Assembly: GCA_051418015.1 (NCBI GenBank)
Contig: JBPRGF010000031.1
Location: forward strand, 128,001-192,000
DNA from: Candidatus Nitrospinota bacterium M3_3B_026
GTDB lineage: Bacteria; Nitrospinota_A; UBA7883; JBPRGF01
Length of the DNA stretch: 64,000 nucleotides
Direction: 5' to 3'
Every line of letters starts with the position of its first letter. Within the stretch, counting starts at the first letter, position 1. Under the pieces are notes generated by a model. That model made no database searches and was not told the DNA's origin. It saw nothing but the letters and a program-made list of their open reading frames with translations. A program made the translations under genes and the position numbers. Positions 1-8,709 of this stretch are shown piece by piece.

Positions 1-113
1 AGCGTGGCGTTGAGGTCCGCGTCAACCAGCGCCTTGTGCGCGGCTTTCACGAACTTGCGCACGGACACCCCTGCGCCTATGGGAACAACGGAGACATCGG
101 CTATCACTTTCAT
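1..113 (-). CDS. MTH1187/YkoF-like thiamine-binding family protein (DUF77), 5' part only; runs off the window edge
   Basis: Not in the ORF track. Manual translation from ATG at 113 gives MKVIADVSVVPIGAGVSVRKFVKAAHKALVDADLNAT..., matching the family N-terminus; purine-rich RBS upstream. Confidence 0.75.
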   Translation of the reverse strand, partial: MKVIADVSVVPIGAGVSVRKFVKAAHKALVDADLNAT

Positions 114-152
114 CTTTCTTTTCTCCCTGCGTCCGGAACGGCCGAACGGTTT

Positions 153-506
153 TTACACGTCTATGACTTCCGGGCGGCGCGTCCTTGTCAGGTAGTAGAC
201 GATCAAGGCTCCCTCGTAGTTCTCCCCCAGCAGGACGAACCGGGGATTTCTCTTGGTCCAGGCGTGTATGTCCGGGTAGGTGGCTATCCTGTCCGTCTCG
301 ACTCTCAGGATATCCCCCGGCGCCATCTCCATCAGCGCCTCGTAGGAGATCAGAACCGCCATGTCCGACTCCCACCATTTGAGCCGGATGGTCAGGCTGG
401 GCTTCATCCTGGGCGCGGGTGAGCGGTCGATGCTCCTGGCCACGTCCTCGAAGCTTCTTATCGGCCCTACCTCGATGGGCGGCGCGCGTTTTATCGACGG
501 TTCCAT
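153..506 (-). CDS. TusA/SirA-fold protein lacking the CPxP motif
   Basis: C-terminal ~80 aa (SLTIRLKWWESDMAVLISYEALMEMAPGDILRVETDRIATYPDIHAWTK...IVYYLTR) follow the TusA pattern. Start chosen at ATG 506; the track ORF starts at 650, inside lnt. Confidence 0.55.
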   Translation of the reverse strand: MEPSIKRAPPIEVGPIRSFEDVARSIDRSPAPRMKPSLTIRLKWWESDMAVLISYEALMEMAPGDILRVETDRIATYPDIHAWTKRNPRFVLLGENYEGALIVYYLTRTRRPEVIDV

Positions 507-589
507 AACAGGACCATGGCTCAAAATCAGGGTTTTGAACTCACAGGGATATGTTACAACAATCCGGCGCTCCGTTCCATCGCGCGGCC

Positions 590-2164
590 CTATGGCGTCC
601 CGCGCCTCGCCGCGGCGACGAACACGGCGGAGGCGGCTACGAGCATCCACGCGAAGAGGTCTCCCGTCCGGGTATAGATTGTGAGCGGGCCGGAACGCTG
701 CGTAAAAGACCCCATCAGCGTCGTCTCCACGAAAAGCCCCGTCTCCGCCGTTATCTTCCCCGTCGGCTCGACTATCGCCGATATGCCGGACTGGGCCGCC
801 CGCAAAACGGGTATCCTGTTCTCCACGGCCCTGAAAACCCCCATGGCCAGGCTCTGCCGGGAGGCGGCCGTCCGCCCGTACCAGGAGTCGTTGGTTATGT
901 TGACCACCGCCGCGCCGCCGAGCCTCGCGATCTCCCTGGAATACTCAGGGAATATTATCTCGAAACATATCTGCGCCCCCACGGCGTAATCCCCAACGTG
1001 GAGAAGGCTCACCCGCTCGCCCGGCTCAAGCTCGCCTATCGCCGTGACCATCCTCTCCACGAAAAAGAGCGCTTTCTTGAAGGGGACATACTCGCCGAAG
1101 GGGACGAGGCGCACCTTGTCGTACTTTTCCGCCAGCCCGTCCGGGCGGACGATCCAGGCCCTGTTGTACGACTTGACATCCCCATCATCTCTTTTGAACG
1201 CCGGAGCCCCGAAGATGACCGGAACGCCGGCCGACCTTGCAAGGCCGAGCATCACGGAGTCCCGCGTCGAGTCCTGCCCGAAATAGAAAGGCGCCGCCGT
1301 CTCCGGCCATATGACAACCTCCGCCCCGGCCGCGGCGGCCTCCCGCGTCCGCGTCATATAGATATCCAGCTGCTCGTCCATGTAGGAAGGGTCCCATTTT
1401 CTGGCCTGGTCTATGTTCCCCTGGATCAGCGCCACGCGGACGGGCTCTCCCTCGCCAGAGACATGGGCCAGACGCCAATGGCCATAGGCTAAAACCGCCG
1501 CCGCAAGCGCCAGGGCAAGCCCCGCCTGCGCCGCAGGGAACCGCGCGGGCGCACCCGCTCTCTTTCGTATCAGCCAGTCCACAACCTGCGCCGCCGCCGC
1601 GTTCGAAAGGACGATGACAAACCCCAGCCCTTCTTCACCGGCGATGTCGGCCGCCTGTATGACCGGCAGTATCTCGTATTGCGAGTCCGCCAGCCTCACC
1701 CAGGGAAAGCCCAGGACGGGGACGTTGGAGCGGAAAAACTCCACCGCCACCCACAAAAAAGGCGCCGCCGAAAGCGCCGCGTCCGCCGACACGCCCCTCG
1801 ACACCATTCCGAAAAGATAGCCGAACAGGCCGATGTAGAGCGCCAGGGCGAAGGTCATCAGCCCCGTCACAACGGCCGCCGCAAGGATGGGCATCCCGGC
1901 GTATACGATCATCGTGTTGGAGACCCAGTAAAGGGTCAGCGTGAAGAAGGCGAACCCCGTCACGACGCCCAGCACCGCGCACGAGAGCCTGTCCTTTCCC
2001 CTCATGGCCGAGAAAAAGGGGACTAGCCCGAACCATGCGAGCGGCCACAGCCCGATGTCCGGAAAAGCCGCCGCAAGCGATATCCCGGAGAGCGCGGCCA
2101 GGCCCGCGTCCCGCCTGCTGACTCCGTTGGGGAGCCATCGGGAGGGCGCCCGAAAAAGTTTCAT
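590..2164 (-). CDS. lnt: Apolipoprotein N-acyltransferase
   Basis: N-terminal TM helices, QGNI, WPETA, YDKVRLVPFGEYVP, ICFEIIF, NITNDSWYG, RAVENR motifs. Confidence 0.95.
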   Translation of the reverse strand: MKLFRAPSRWLPNGVSRRDAGLAALSGISLAAAFPDIGLWPLAWFGLVPFFSAMRGKDRLSCAVLGVVTGFAFFTLTLYWVSNTMIVYAGMPILAAAVVTGLMTFALALYIGLFGYLFGMVSRGVSADAALSAAPFLWVAVEFFRSNVPVLGFPWVRLADSQYEILPVIQAADIAGEEGLGFVIVLSNAAAAQVVDWLIRKRAGAPARFPAAQAGLALALAAAVLAYGHWRLAHVSGEGEPVRVALIQGNIDQARKWDPSYMDEQLDIYMTRTREAAAAGAEVVIWPETAAPFYFGQDSTRDSVMLGLARSAGVPVIFGAPAFKRDDGDVKSYNRAWIVRPDGLAEKYDKVRLVPFGEYVPFKKALFFVERMVTAIGELEPGERVSLLHVGDYAVGAQICFEIIFPEYSREIARLGGAAVVNITNDSWYGRTAASRQSLAMGVFRAVENRIPVLRAAQSGISAIVEPTGKITAETGLFVETTLMGSFTQRSGPLTIYTRTGDLFAWMLVAASAVFVAAARRGTP

Positions 2165-2265
2165 GTTTCCGTCACCCCGCGCCGCTGCGCGTCTGGTCAT
2201 CCGAATTGTTTGACGATACAATAGCGGAAAGCCCGCGAGTTTATTGTATAATTGTTTGTTTGGAT

Positions 2266-3249
2266 ATGTCTGAAACTTTAGGAAAACTCCTTTCGGCGCA
2301 GAGGCTCAAGCAGGGTCTCACTGTCGAAGAGGTCGCGGCGAAAACCCGCATAAACGCGAAATTTATCAGGTCGGCGGAGTCTGACCGGTTCGACCAGTTC
2401 CCCGGCGTGGTGTTCGTCAAGGGTTTCCTGCGCACGTACGCGGACATACTGGACCTCGACCCCGACGACGTTGTCGCAAGGTACGAGGCCCTGAACATAA
2501 GGGATCAGGACCGGTCTCCGAACCTGATATCGATGCCGTTGCATCACAAGCCGGCGCTGTCCGGCGGTTCTTTGCTTCTTATCGTTTTCCTCGTCTTCGC
2601 CGCGGGTGTCTGGGGTTTTTTCTACATGACCAGCGGCCAAGAGAACGCCATCATCCCGGCGGTCGACCAGGCTCTGGAAAACGGCGCCCCCACGGCGCCG
2701 GAGCCGCCTTCCGCCCCGGAAGGCCCCGAGCGGGAGACACAGCGGGAGGAAGCGCCGTCCGCGGAGACGGAGACTGCAACGGCCGCGCCTCGTGACGAGG
2801 CTGAGCAGGCCGCCCCCCAGTCCGCGCAGGAGACAACGGAGGAGACGGCGGAAAAACCGCGGCCCGAGCCCTCGCCCCCGGCGGAGGAGGAGGAAGAGGC
2901 CGCCCCGCAGGCGCCATCGCCCTCGCCTGAAGCCATCGAGGGGATCAGGGACAGCTCCCGCCCTTACGGACTTACCATCTCGGCGGAGTCCGACACCTGG
3001 ATAAAAACCATGATCGACGGCGAAGTGACCCGGGAGATCATCCTGCGCCAGGGGAGCACGGTGACGTGGTGGGCGGAGAAAGGCTTCGATTTGAGCATAG
3101 GAAACGTCGCCGGAACAAGGGTATACCTGAACAACGAGCCGGTAGAGCTCGGGAGCCCGAGGTCCAACGTAATCATGAACCTGGTTCTTCCCCGGCACGC
3201 CGCCGAGAGCCGCGAGGGAAGAAAAACCACCTCGACAGAAGAAAGATGA
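2266..3249 (+). CDS. rodZ: RodZ-like cell-shape protein (HTH, TM, Pro/Glu linker, DUF4115)
   Basis: HTH with FVKGFLRTYA, single TM, low-complexity linker, C-terminal TWIK...IGNVAG...LNN domain. Confidence 0.85.
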   Translation: MSETLGKLLSAQRLKQGLTVEEVAAKTRINAKFIRSAESDRFDQFPGVVFVKGFLRTYADILDLDPDDVVARYEALNIRDQDRSPNLISMPLHHKPALSGGSLLLIVFLVFAAGVWGFFYMTSGQENAIIPAVDQALENGAPTAPEPPSAPEGPERETQREEAPSAETETATAAPRDEAEQAAPQSAQETTEETAEKPRPEPSPPAEEEEEAAPQAPSPSPEAIEGIRDSSRPYGLTISAESDTWIKTMIDGEVTREIILRQGSTVTWWAEKGFDLSIGNVAGTRVYLNNEPVELGSPRSNVIMNLVLPRHAAESREGRKTTSTEER

Positions 3250-4580
3250 ACGAAAACGCAAAAGAACATTCAACCCAAAGCGAAAAAAACGAAGCGTTGT
3301 CCAGAGCGGAGCAGAGACGCGCGAAGAGGGTGTCGAAAAGGAATACCACAAGGTCGCCCGGCCTGAGGCGCAAGCTCCCCGCCAAAAAGGAGGAGCAGGA
3401 GCCGGAGAAAAAGGAAAAGCCGGTAAAGGAGAAAACCGAAAGAGCCCCCGCCCGCGCGGCGAAGAAAAAGAAAACGGCGCGCGCCAAAAAGACGACGGCC
3501 ACCCGGAAGAAACCGGCGTCCAGGGCCAAGTCCGGGTCCCGGACGCAGGCCAGCAAGGGCGCTGAAGGGAAGGAGGAGTTCGAGCTGCGGTCGCTGCCCG
3601 ACGGAATACAGTACAGGGTCAAGGTGGGGGACAAGAAAAAAACCGCCCGCCGCTTCCCGATCCGCCGCCGCGGGCGGGATGACGCAGGCCCCGGCCCGGC
3701 CATCGTGGACGTTCTGCCGGAGACCGTCGTGGGGAGGCGTCCGCCGGGCAGGATAGACCTCGGCGACATCGTCCGGGAGACCAGGAGACCCGCCGCTTTC
3801 CTCAAGAGAAACCTGCCCGTTTCGCCCAAGGTGGCCGTCGTGCTGGGCTCGGGCCTTTCCGCGGCGGCGGACCTCGCGCCTGGGGATCCCCTGGAGTTTT
3901 CGGACATACCGGGGTTCAAGGTCCCCAGGGCGCCCGGCCACCCCGGCCTTGTCCGCGCGGGGCTCGTGGACGGCGTCTCCACCGTGTTCCTGGAGGGCAG
4001 GCTCCATTTTTACGAGACCGGCTCGATGAAGGACGTGGCGTTCCCCATATACTCCCTCCTGTCCATCGGCGTGGAGCACGTGATCCTCACCACCTCCGCC
4101 GGAGCCCTGAACCCCTCCTACAGAGCGGGGGATGTGATGTTCGTGGAGGACCACATAAACCTGATGGGGGGCAACCCGATGGTGGGGCTCGACCCCACGG
4201 CCAGGCCGCCCGTCTTCGTCAGCGGAGATTCCATATACGACAAGTTCACCATCGACATGTCCGAACGCCTGTTGCGCCGGGCGCGGGCGCGGGGGAGCGT
4301 GGGCGTCCTGGCGGGCGTCCGGGGCCCTGTGTACGAGACCCCGGCGGAGAGGAAGTGGCTGCGGTCGATGGGCGCCGACGCCGTCTGCATGTCCGTCATC
4401 CCCGAGGCCCTGGCCGCCGCCCGGGCGGGCGCCGCCGTAACGGCCCTGGCGGTCATAGCCAACGAGAGCGGCCCCGGGCGGGGAGAGGCGCTGACGCACG
4501 AGGACGTGACGAGGGCCGGGGAACGGGCCGCGGAAGGGCTGGCCCGGCTCCTGAGGAGCGTAATCACCGAGGAGAGATGA
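3246..4580 (+). CDS. punA: Purine nucleoside phosphorylase (trimeric type) with ~170-aa Lys/Arg-rich N-terminal extension
   Basis: VLGSGL, GHPG, GRLHFYE, DHINL, GPVYETPAE, GADAVCMS motifs; ATG 3246 overlaps the rodZ stop (ATGA). Confidence 0.8.
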   Translation: MNENAKEHSTQSEKNEALSRAEQRRAKRVSKRNTTRSPGLRRKLPAKKEEQEPEKKEKPVKEKTERAPARAAKKKKTARAKKTTATRKKPASRAKSGSRTQASKGAEGKEEFELRSLPDGIQYRVKVGDKKKTARRFPIRRRGRDDAGPGPAIVDVLPETVVGRRPPGRIDLGDIVRETRRPAAFLKRNLPVSPKVAVVLGSGLSAAADLAPGDPLEFSDIPGFKVPRAPGHPGLVRAGLVDGVSTVFLEGRLHFYETGSMKDVAFPIYSLLSIGVEHVILTTSAGALNPSYRAGDVMFVEDHINLMGGNPMVGLDPTARPPVFVSGDSIYDKFTIDMSERLLRRARARGSVGVLAGVRGPVYETPAERKWLRSMGADAVCMSVIPEALAAARAGAAVTALAVIANESGPGRGEALTHEDVTRAGERAAEGLARLLRSVITEER

Positions 4581-4624
4581 CGGGCCTGAAATTCCGGGCC
4601 TGGCGGACGGGGGTTGTGATATTA

Positions 4625-4653
4625 TTGTGAAATAATTCCTGTCGTGATATAAA
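4625..4653 (+). promoter_or_regulatory. Putative sigma70 promoter for the FHA gene and nadB
   Basis: TTGTGA-N17-TATAAA in an AT-rich gap 26 nt before the GTG start. Confidence 0.4.
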
Positions 4654-4679
4654 AGTTTCATTTTCAACAGACTCTGAAC

Positions 4680-5420
4680 GTGGCGAAACTGACCATATCC
4701 TTCAAGGACAAGGTCCTCCAGGAGATCGAGATAAACAAATCGATCACCGTCGGCCGCGAGGTCGGCGACATCATGATTAAAAACCCCGCCGTCTCCGCCC
4801 GCCACATGAGGATAGAAAAGTCCGGCGCCCGCTATGTCGTCCGGGACCTCGGCAGCACCAACGGCACACTGGTTAACGACGTCCCCGTGACAGAGAAGGA
4901 GCTTCGCTCCGGAGACGTGATAACCGTGGGGCGTCACACCATAAAGTTCGACAATCCCGACGAGGCGGCCGAGCCGTCCGCCTTCGAGGAGGACATGGGC
5001 GGGCGGACGCTGGTGATGGACTCGGCCAAGCTCAAGGCCATGATGGAGGGGACCGAGGAAACCGGGGGCGAAGAAAAGCTGGAGGAGACGCAAAGGGAGG
5101 GCGCAACGCCATCCGCCGGGGACGACAAGCCGGCGAAGCTCTTTTTGTCCCAGCCGCCCGGCGCGCCCAGGGTCATCTCGCTGGACAGGGAGACGACCCT
5201 GATAGGATCATCGGACAAGAACGACGTGAGGATCAAGGGAATCACCATCGGCCGCGTCGCCGCGGAAATCAGGCGGAAAGACGGCGAGTACGAGATAGAG
5301 TTCAAGGGCGGCATGGCCCGGCTCAAGGTGGACGGCAAACCCGTGGAAAAACGGAAGCTTGTGAACGGCGACAAGTTCTCCATCAGCTCCTACAACTTCG
5401 AATTCCGCACAGAGCTTTGA
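4680..5420 (+). CDS. Tandem FHA-domain protein
   Basis: N-terminal FHA with VGR...VSARH...STNGT; acidic linker; second, degenerate FHA at the C-terminus. Confidence 0.85.
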   Translation: MAKLTISFKDKVLQEIEINKSITVGREVGDIMIKNPAVSARHMRIEKSGARYVVRDLGSTNGTLVNDVPVTEKELRSGDVITVGRHTIKFDNPDEAAEPSAFEEDMGGRTLVMDSAKLKAMMEGTEETGGEEKLEETQREGATPSAGDDKPAKLFLSQPPGAPRVISLDRETTLIGSSDKNDVRIKGITIGRVAAEIRRKDGEYEIEFKGGMARLKVDGKPVEKRKLVNGDKFSISSYNFEFRTEL

Positions 5421-5494
5421 CCCGCGCCGCCTCCCGCGCCAATATCCGCGTCCCGGCGGGCGCCGGCGGGCGCTGTCATCCGGCGTAAGAGCAA

Positions 5495-7102
5495 GTGACA
5501 GCCCGCGAATTCGATTTCCTGGTCATAGGCTCGGGGCTGGCTGGCCTGACCTTCGCCCTCAAGACGGCCGACAGCGGCAGCGTGGCGCTCATCACCAAGA
5601 AGAGCCTCGCGGACTCCAACACCAACTACGCCCAGGGGGGAATAGCCGCCGTCCTTGGCGATGACGACTCCTTCGAGGAGCATATCAACGACACGCTGAG
5701 GACCGGATGCGGCCTGTGTCACGAGGAGGCCGTCCATCTGCTCGTCGAGAACGGCCCCAGGATGATCCAGGAGCTGATGGATTTCGGCGTCCGGTTCACC
5801 AGGGGGGAAAACGGCGCCCTCGACCTCGGCATGGAGGGGGGGCACTCGAAGCGAAGGATAGCCCACGTCAAGGACCTCACCGGGGCGGAAATGGAAAAGG
5901 CCCTGATCGAGTCGGCCAGGAAAAACCCGAACATACACATCTTCGAGAACCACATGGGCGTGGATCTGGTCTCCCGGGCCAAGCTCGACCCGGCGATCCA
6001 GCCCGGCTCCGGCAAGGACAGGGTGATCGGCGCCTACGTGATGGACAACGCCACGTCCAGGATCGTCCCCTTCGTGGCGAAGGCCACCCTGCTGGCCACC
6101 GGCGGGGCGGGGAAGGTCTACATATACACCTCCAACCCGGACATAGCCAGCGGCGACGGCATCGCCATGGGCTACAGGGCCGGGGCGGACGTGGGGAACA
6201 TGGAGTTCATGCAGTTCCACCCGACCTGTCTTTTCCACCCCAAGGCGAAATCCTTCCTCATCTCCGAGGCCGTCCGCGGCGAAGGGGCCAAGCTGAAGCT
6301 GTCGAACGGCGAGGCGTTCATGAAAAAATACCACGAGATGGGCTCGCTGGCCCCGCGGGACGTCGTCGCCAGGGCCATCGACGTGGAGATGAAAAAGAGC
6401 GGGGCCGACTGCGTCTGGCTCGACACCACCATGATCGACCCGGAATGGTTCCCCAAAAGGTTCCCCAACATATACGAAAAATGCGTTTCCCTGGGGTTCG
6501 ACCCCACGAAGGAGATGATCCCCGTTGTCCCGGCGGCGCACTATATGTGCGGAGGGGTGATGACGGACCTGGACGCCAGAACCACCATACCAGGGCTCTA
6601 CGCCGCCGGAGAGACCGCCCACACGGGCGTCCACGGCGCCAACAGGCTCGCCAGCAACTCCCTGCTGGAGGCGGTGGTCTTCGCCGACCGCGCGGCCGCA
6701 AGCGCAGCCGAATGGGCGAAAAGCGCGCCGGGGAACCACCTGGCCATACCGGAGTGGGAGTACGGCAAGGCCGTGGACGCCGACGAGCAGGTGGTCATCA
6801 CCCACCTGTGGGAGGAGGTCCGGCGGCTGATGTGGAACTACGTCGGCATAGCCCGCACAGACAAAAGGCTCGAGCGCGCCAGGCGAAGGATACGCTTCCT
6901 GCAGGAGGAGATCAACGAGTATTACTGGGATTTCATCGTCACCCCGGACCTCCTCGAGCTTCGGAACATAGCGCTGGTGGCCGAGCTTGTCATCGACTGC
7001 GCCATGTGGCGCAAAGAGTCCCGCGGGCTCCATTACAACCTGGACTACCCGGAGCGCGACGACGCGAATTTCAGGAAAGATATCGTCATGCAAAGGTTTT
7101 GA
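5495..7102 (+). CDS. nadB: L-aspartate oxidase
   Basis: GSGLAG, AQGGIAAV, EFMQFHPT, LISEAVRGEG, HYMCGG, GVHGANRLASNSLLE, ESRGLH. Confidence 0.97.
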   Translation: MTAREFDFLVIGSGLAGLTFALKTADSGSVALITKKSLADSNTNYAQGGIAAVLGDDDSFEEHINDTLRTGCGLCHEEAVHLLVENGPRMIQELMDFGVRFTRGENGALDLGMEGGHSKRRIAHVKDLTGAEMEKALIESARKNPNIHIFENHMGVDLVSRAKLDPAIQPGSGKDRVIGAYVMDNATSRIVPFVAKATLLATGGAGKVYIYTSNPDIASGDGIAMGYRAGADVGNMEFMQFHPTCLFHPKAKSFLISEAVRGEGAKLKLSNGEAFMKKYHEMGSLAPRDVVARAIDVEMKKSGADCVWLDTTMIDPEWFPKRFPNIYEKCVSLGFDPTKEMIPVVPAAHYMCGGVMTDLDARTTIPGLYAAGETAHTGVHGANRLASNSLLEAVVFADRAAASAAEWAKSAPGNHLAIPEWEYGKAVDADEQVVITHLWEEVRRLMWNYVGIARTDKRLERARRRIRFLQEEINEYYWDFIVTPDLLELRNIALVAELVIDCAMWRKESRGLHYNLDYPERDDANFRKDIVMQRF

Positions 7103-7105
7103 AAG

Positions 7106-7305
7106 GAGCCCCTTGCATAGCCTGCCAAAAGGCGGCCAAACTTCGCTTTCCTGAACGAGCCGAAGCCCTGAGCGAAAGCCAAAGAAGCCGTCTTCGCCAT
7201 GACGTGAAGGAACTTGTTTTTATAATATAAACGTGAAAGGCAAGTTGCTTCGGCTTCGCCTCAGAAATACAGCATTCAGCAGTTGATGGGTTTATGCAAA
7301 GGTCC
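7106..7305. repeat. MITE-like palindromic element with degenerate terminal inverted repeats (copy A)
   Basis: Ends GAGCCCCTTGCATAG / TTATGCAAAGGTCC; internal 7239-7264 is the reverse complement of 25870-25895 (24/26 identical). Confidence 0.6.
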
Positions 7306-7347
7306 GTTTTAAAAAAGCGCCCAGGCGCGGCGGGTTTCAGCCCAGCT

Positions 7348-8709
7348 TCACGGAAGTGACGCGGCCCATCCCTCCATCTCCCTCTCCGCCCGGGCGAGGA
7401 TGGCCCTGCGGCGCTCTTTTCTGTTTTTTATATCCTCTTCGAGCGGCGGGAAGAGCGAGAAATTGATATTGGCGGGCTGGAAATTCTCCGCCCGCGAGGG
7501 GTCTGTTATATAGGCGAGGAGCGCCCCCATACAGGTCTTCGGGGGCGGCGGCTCGACGGTGGGGCCCAGAAGCTTTCCGGCGGCGAATATCCCCGCCAAC
7601 AGCCCCATCGCGGCGGACTCGGCGTATCCTTCCACGCCCGTGAGCTGGCCAGCCATTCTCACGCTCGGCGCGGCCTTGAGCGAAAGGTCGGGATTGAGCG
7701 CTCTCGGAGAGTTTATATAAGTGTTCCTGTGCAGCGAGCCATGCCTTAAAAAGACCGCGTTTTCAAGGCCGGGGATTCTCCTGAACACTCTCTCCTGCTC
7801 CGGGTAGGCAAGCTTCGTCTGGAACCCCACCATGTTGTAAGCGTCCCCCGCGGCGTTCTCCTTGCGCAGCTGGACGACCGCCCAGGGTCTGCGGCCGGTC
7901 CGGGGGTCGATCAGCCCCACGGGACGAAGCGGCCCGAAGGAGAGCGCCTCCCGGCCACGCCTTGCGATCTCCTCTATCGGCAGGCACCCCTCGAAGTAAA
8001 GACCCTTCTCGAACTGCCGCGGCTCGACGACCCTCGCCGAAAGCAGCTCGTCGATGAAACCCTCGTACTCCCGCCTGCTCATAGGCAGGTTGGCGTAGTC
8101 CCCCTCCCCCACCGGGCCGTACCGGTCCTGGATGAAAGCGATGGACCAATCGACACTGTCCGCCTCGACTATGGGGGCGATGGCGTCGTAAAAATAAAGC
8201 CCTCCGGCGCCGATGGTCTTCTCGATATCCACCGAAAGACCGCCCGAGGTAAGCGGCCCCGTGGCGACGATGACGGCGTCATAGCCCTCCGGGAGCCTTT
8301 CGACCTCCTCGCGGACGATCCTGACGCCGGGCATGGATTCCATCTCCCTCGTAACCGCCCCGGCCAGTTTCATCCTGTCCACGGCGAGTGCCTTCCCGGC
8401 GGGAACGCGGTTTTCCTTCGCCAGGCGGATGATGATAGAGCCGAGCCGCTCCATCTCCATCTTGAGAAGGCCCGCAGGGGTGTCCTGTGATTCGGCCTTG
8501 AGGGAATTGGAGCAGACAAGCTCTGCCAGAAGATCAGTCCCGTGCGCCGGCGTCATGCGCCCCGGGCGCATCTCGAAAAGGTCCACGGCGGCGCGGCCCC
8601 CGGCGCGGCTCGCGATGGCGAAGGCCGCCTCGCAGCCGGCTAGCCCGCCGCCGACGACTGCGACTTTTCGGGCTGATCCTCCTCCTCGGCCTCCTTCTGG
8701 AAATCGCAT
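7348..8709 (-). CDS. trmFO: Folate-dependent tRNA (uracil-54) methyltransferase TrmFO/Gid
   Basis: VVGGGLAGCEAA, AELVCSNS, FYDAIAP, FEGCLPIE, VGFQTKL, HRNTYI, GQLTGVEGY. Start uncertain because it overlaps topA. Confidence 0.93.
   Translation of the reverse strand: MRFPEGGRGGGSARKVAVVGGGLAGCEAAFAIASRAGGRAAVDLFEMRPGRMTPAHGTDLLAELVCSNSLKAESQDTPAGLLKMEMERLGSIIIRLAKENRVPAGKALAVDRMKLAGAVTREMESMPGVRIVREEVERLPEGYDAVIVATGPLTSGGLSVDIEKTIGAGGLYFYDAIAPIVEADSVDWSIAFIQDRYGPVGEGDYANLPMSRREYEGFIDELLSARVVEPRQFEKGLYFEGCLPIEEIARRGREALSFGPLRPVGLIDPRTGRRPWAVVQLRKENAAGDAYNMVGFQTKLAYPEQERVFRRIPGLENAVFLRHGSLHRNTYINSPRALNPDLSLKAAPSVRMAGQLTGVEGYAESAAMGLLAGIFAAGKLLGPTVEPPPPKTCMGALLAYITDPSRAENFQPANINFSLFPPLEEDIKNRKERRRAILARAEREMEGWAASLP

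Noticed and set aside
2680..2930. Low-complexity Pro/Glu/Ala stretch in rodZ
   Set aside because: Ordinary periplasmic linker for this family; no nucleotide-level repeat unit.
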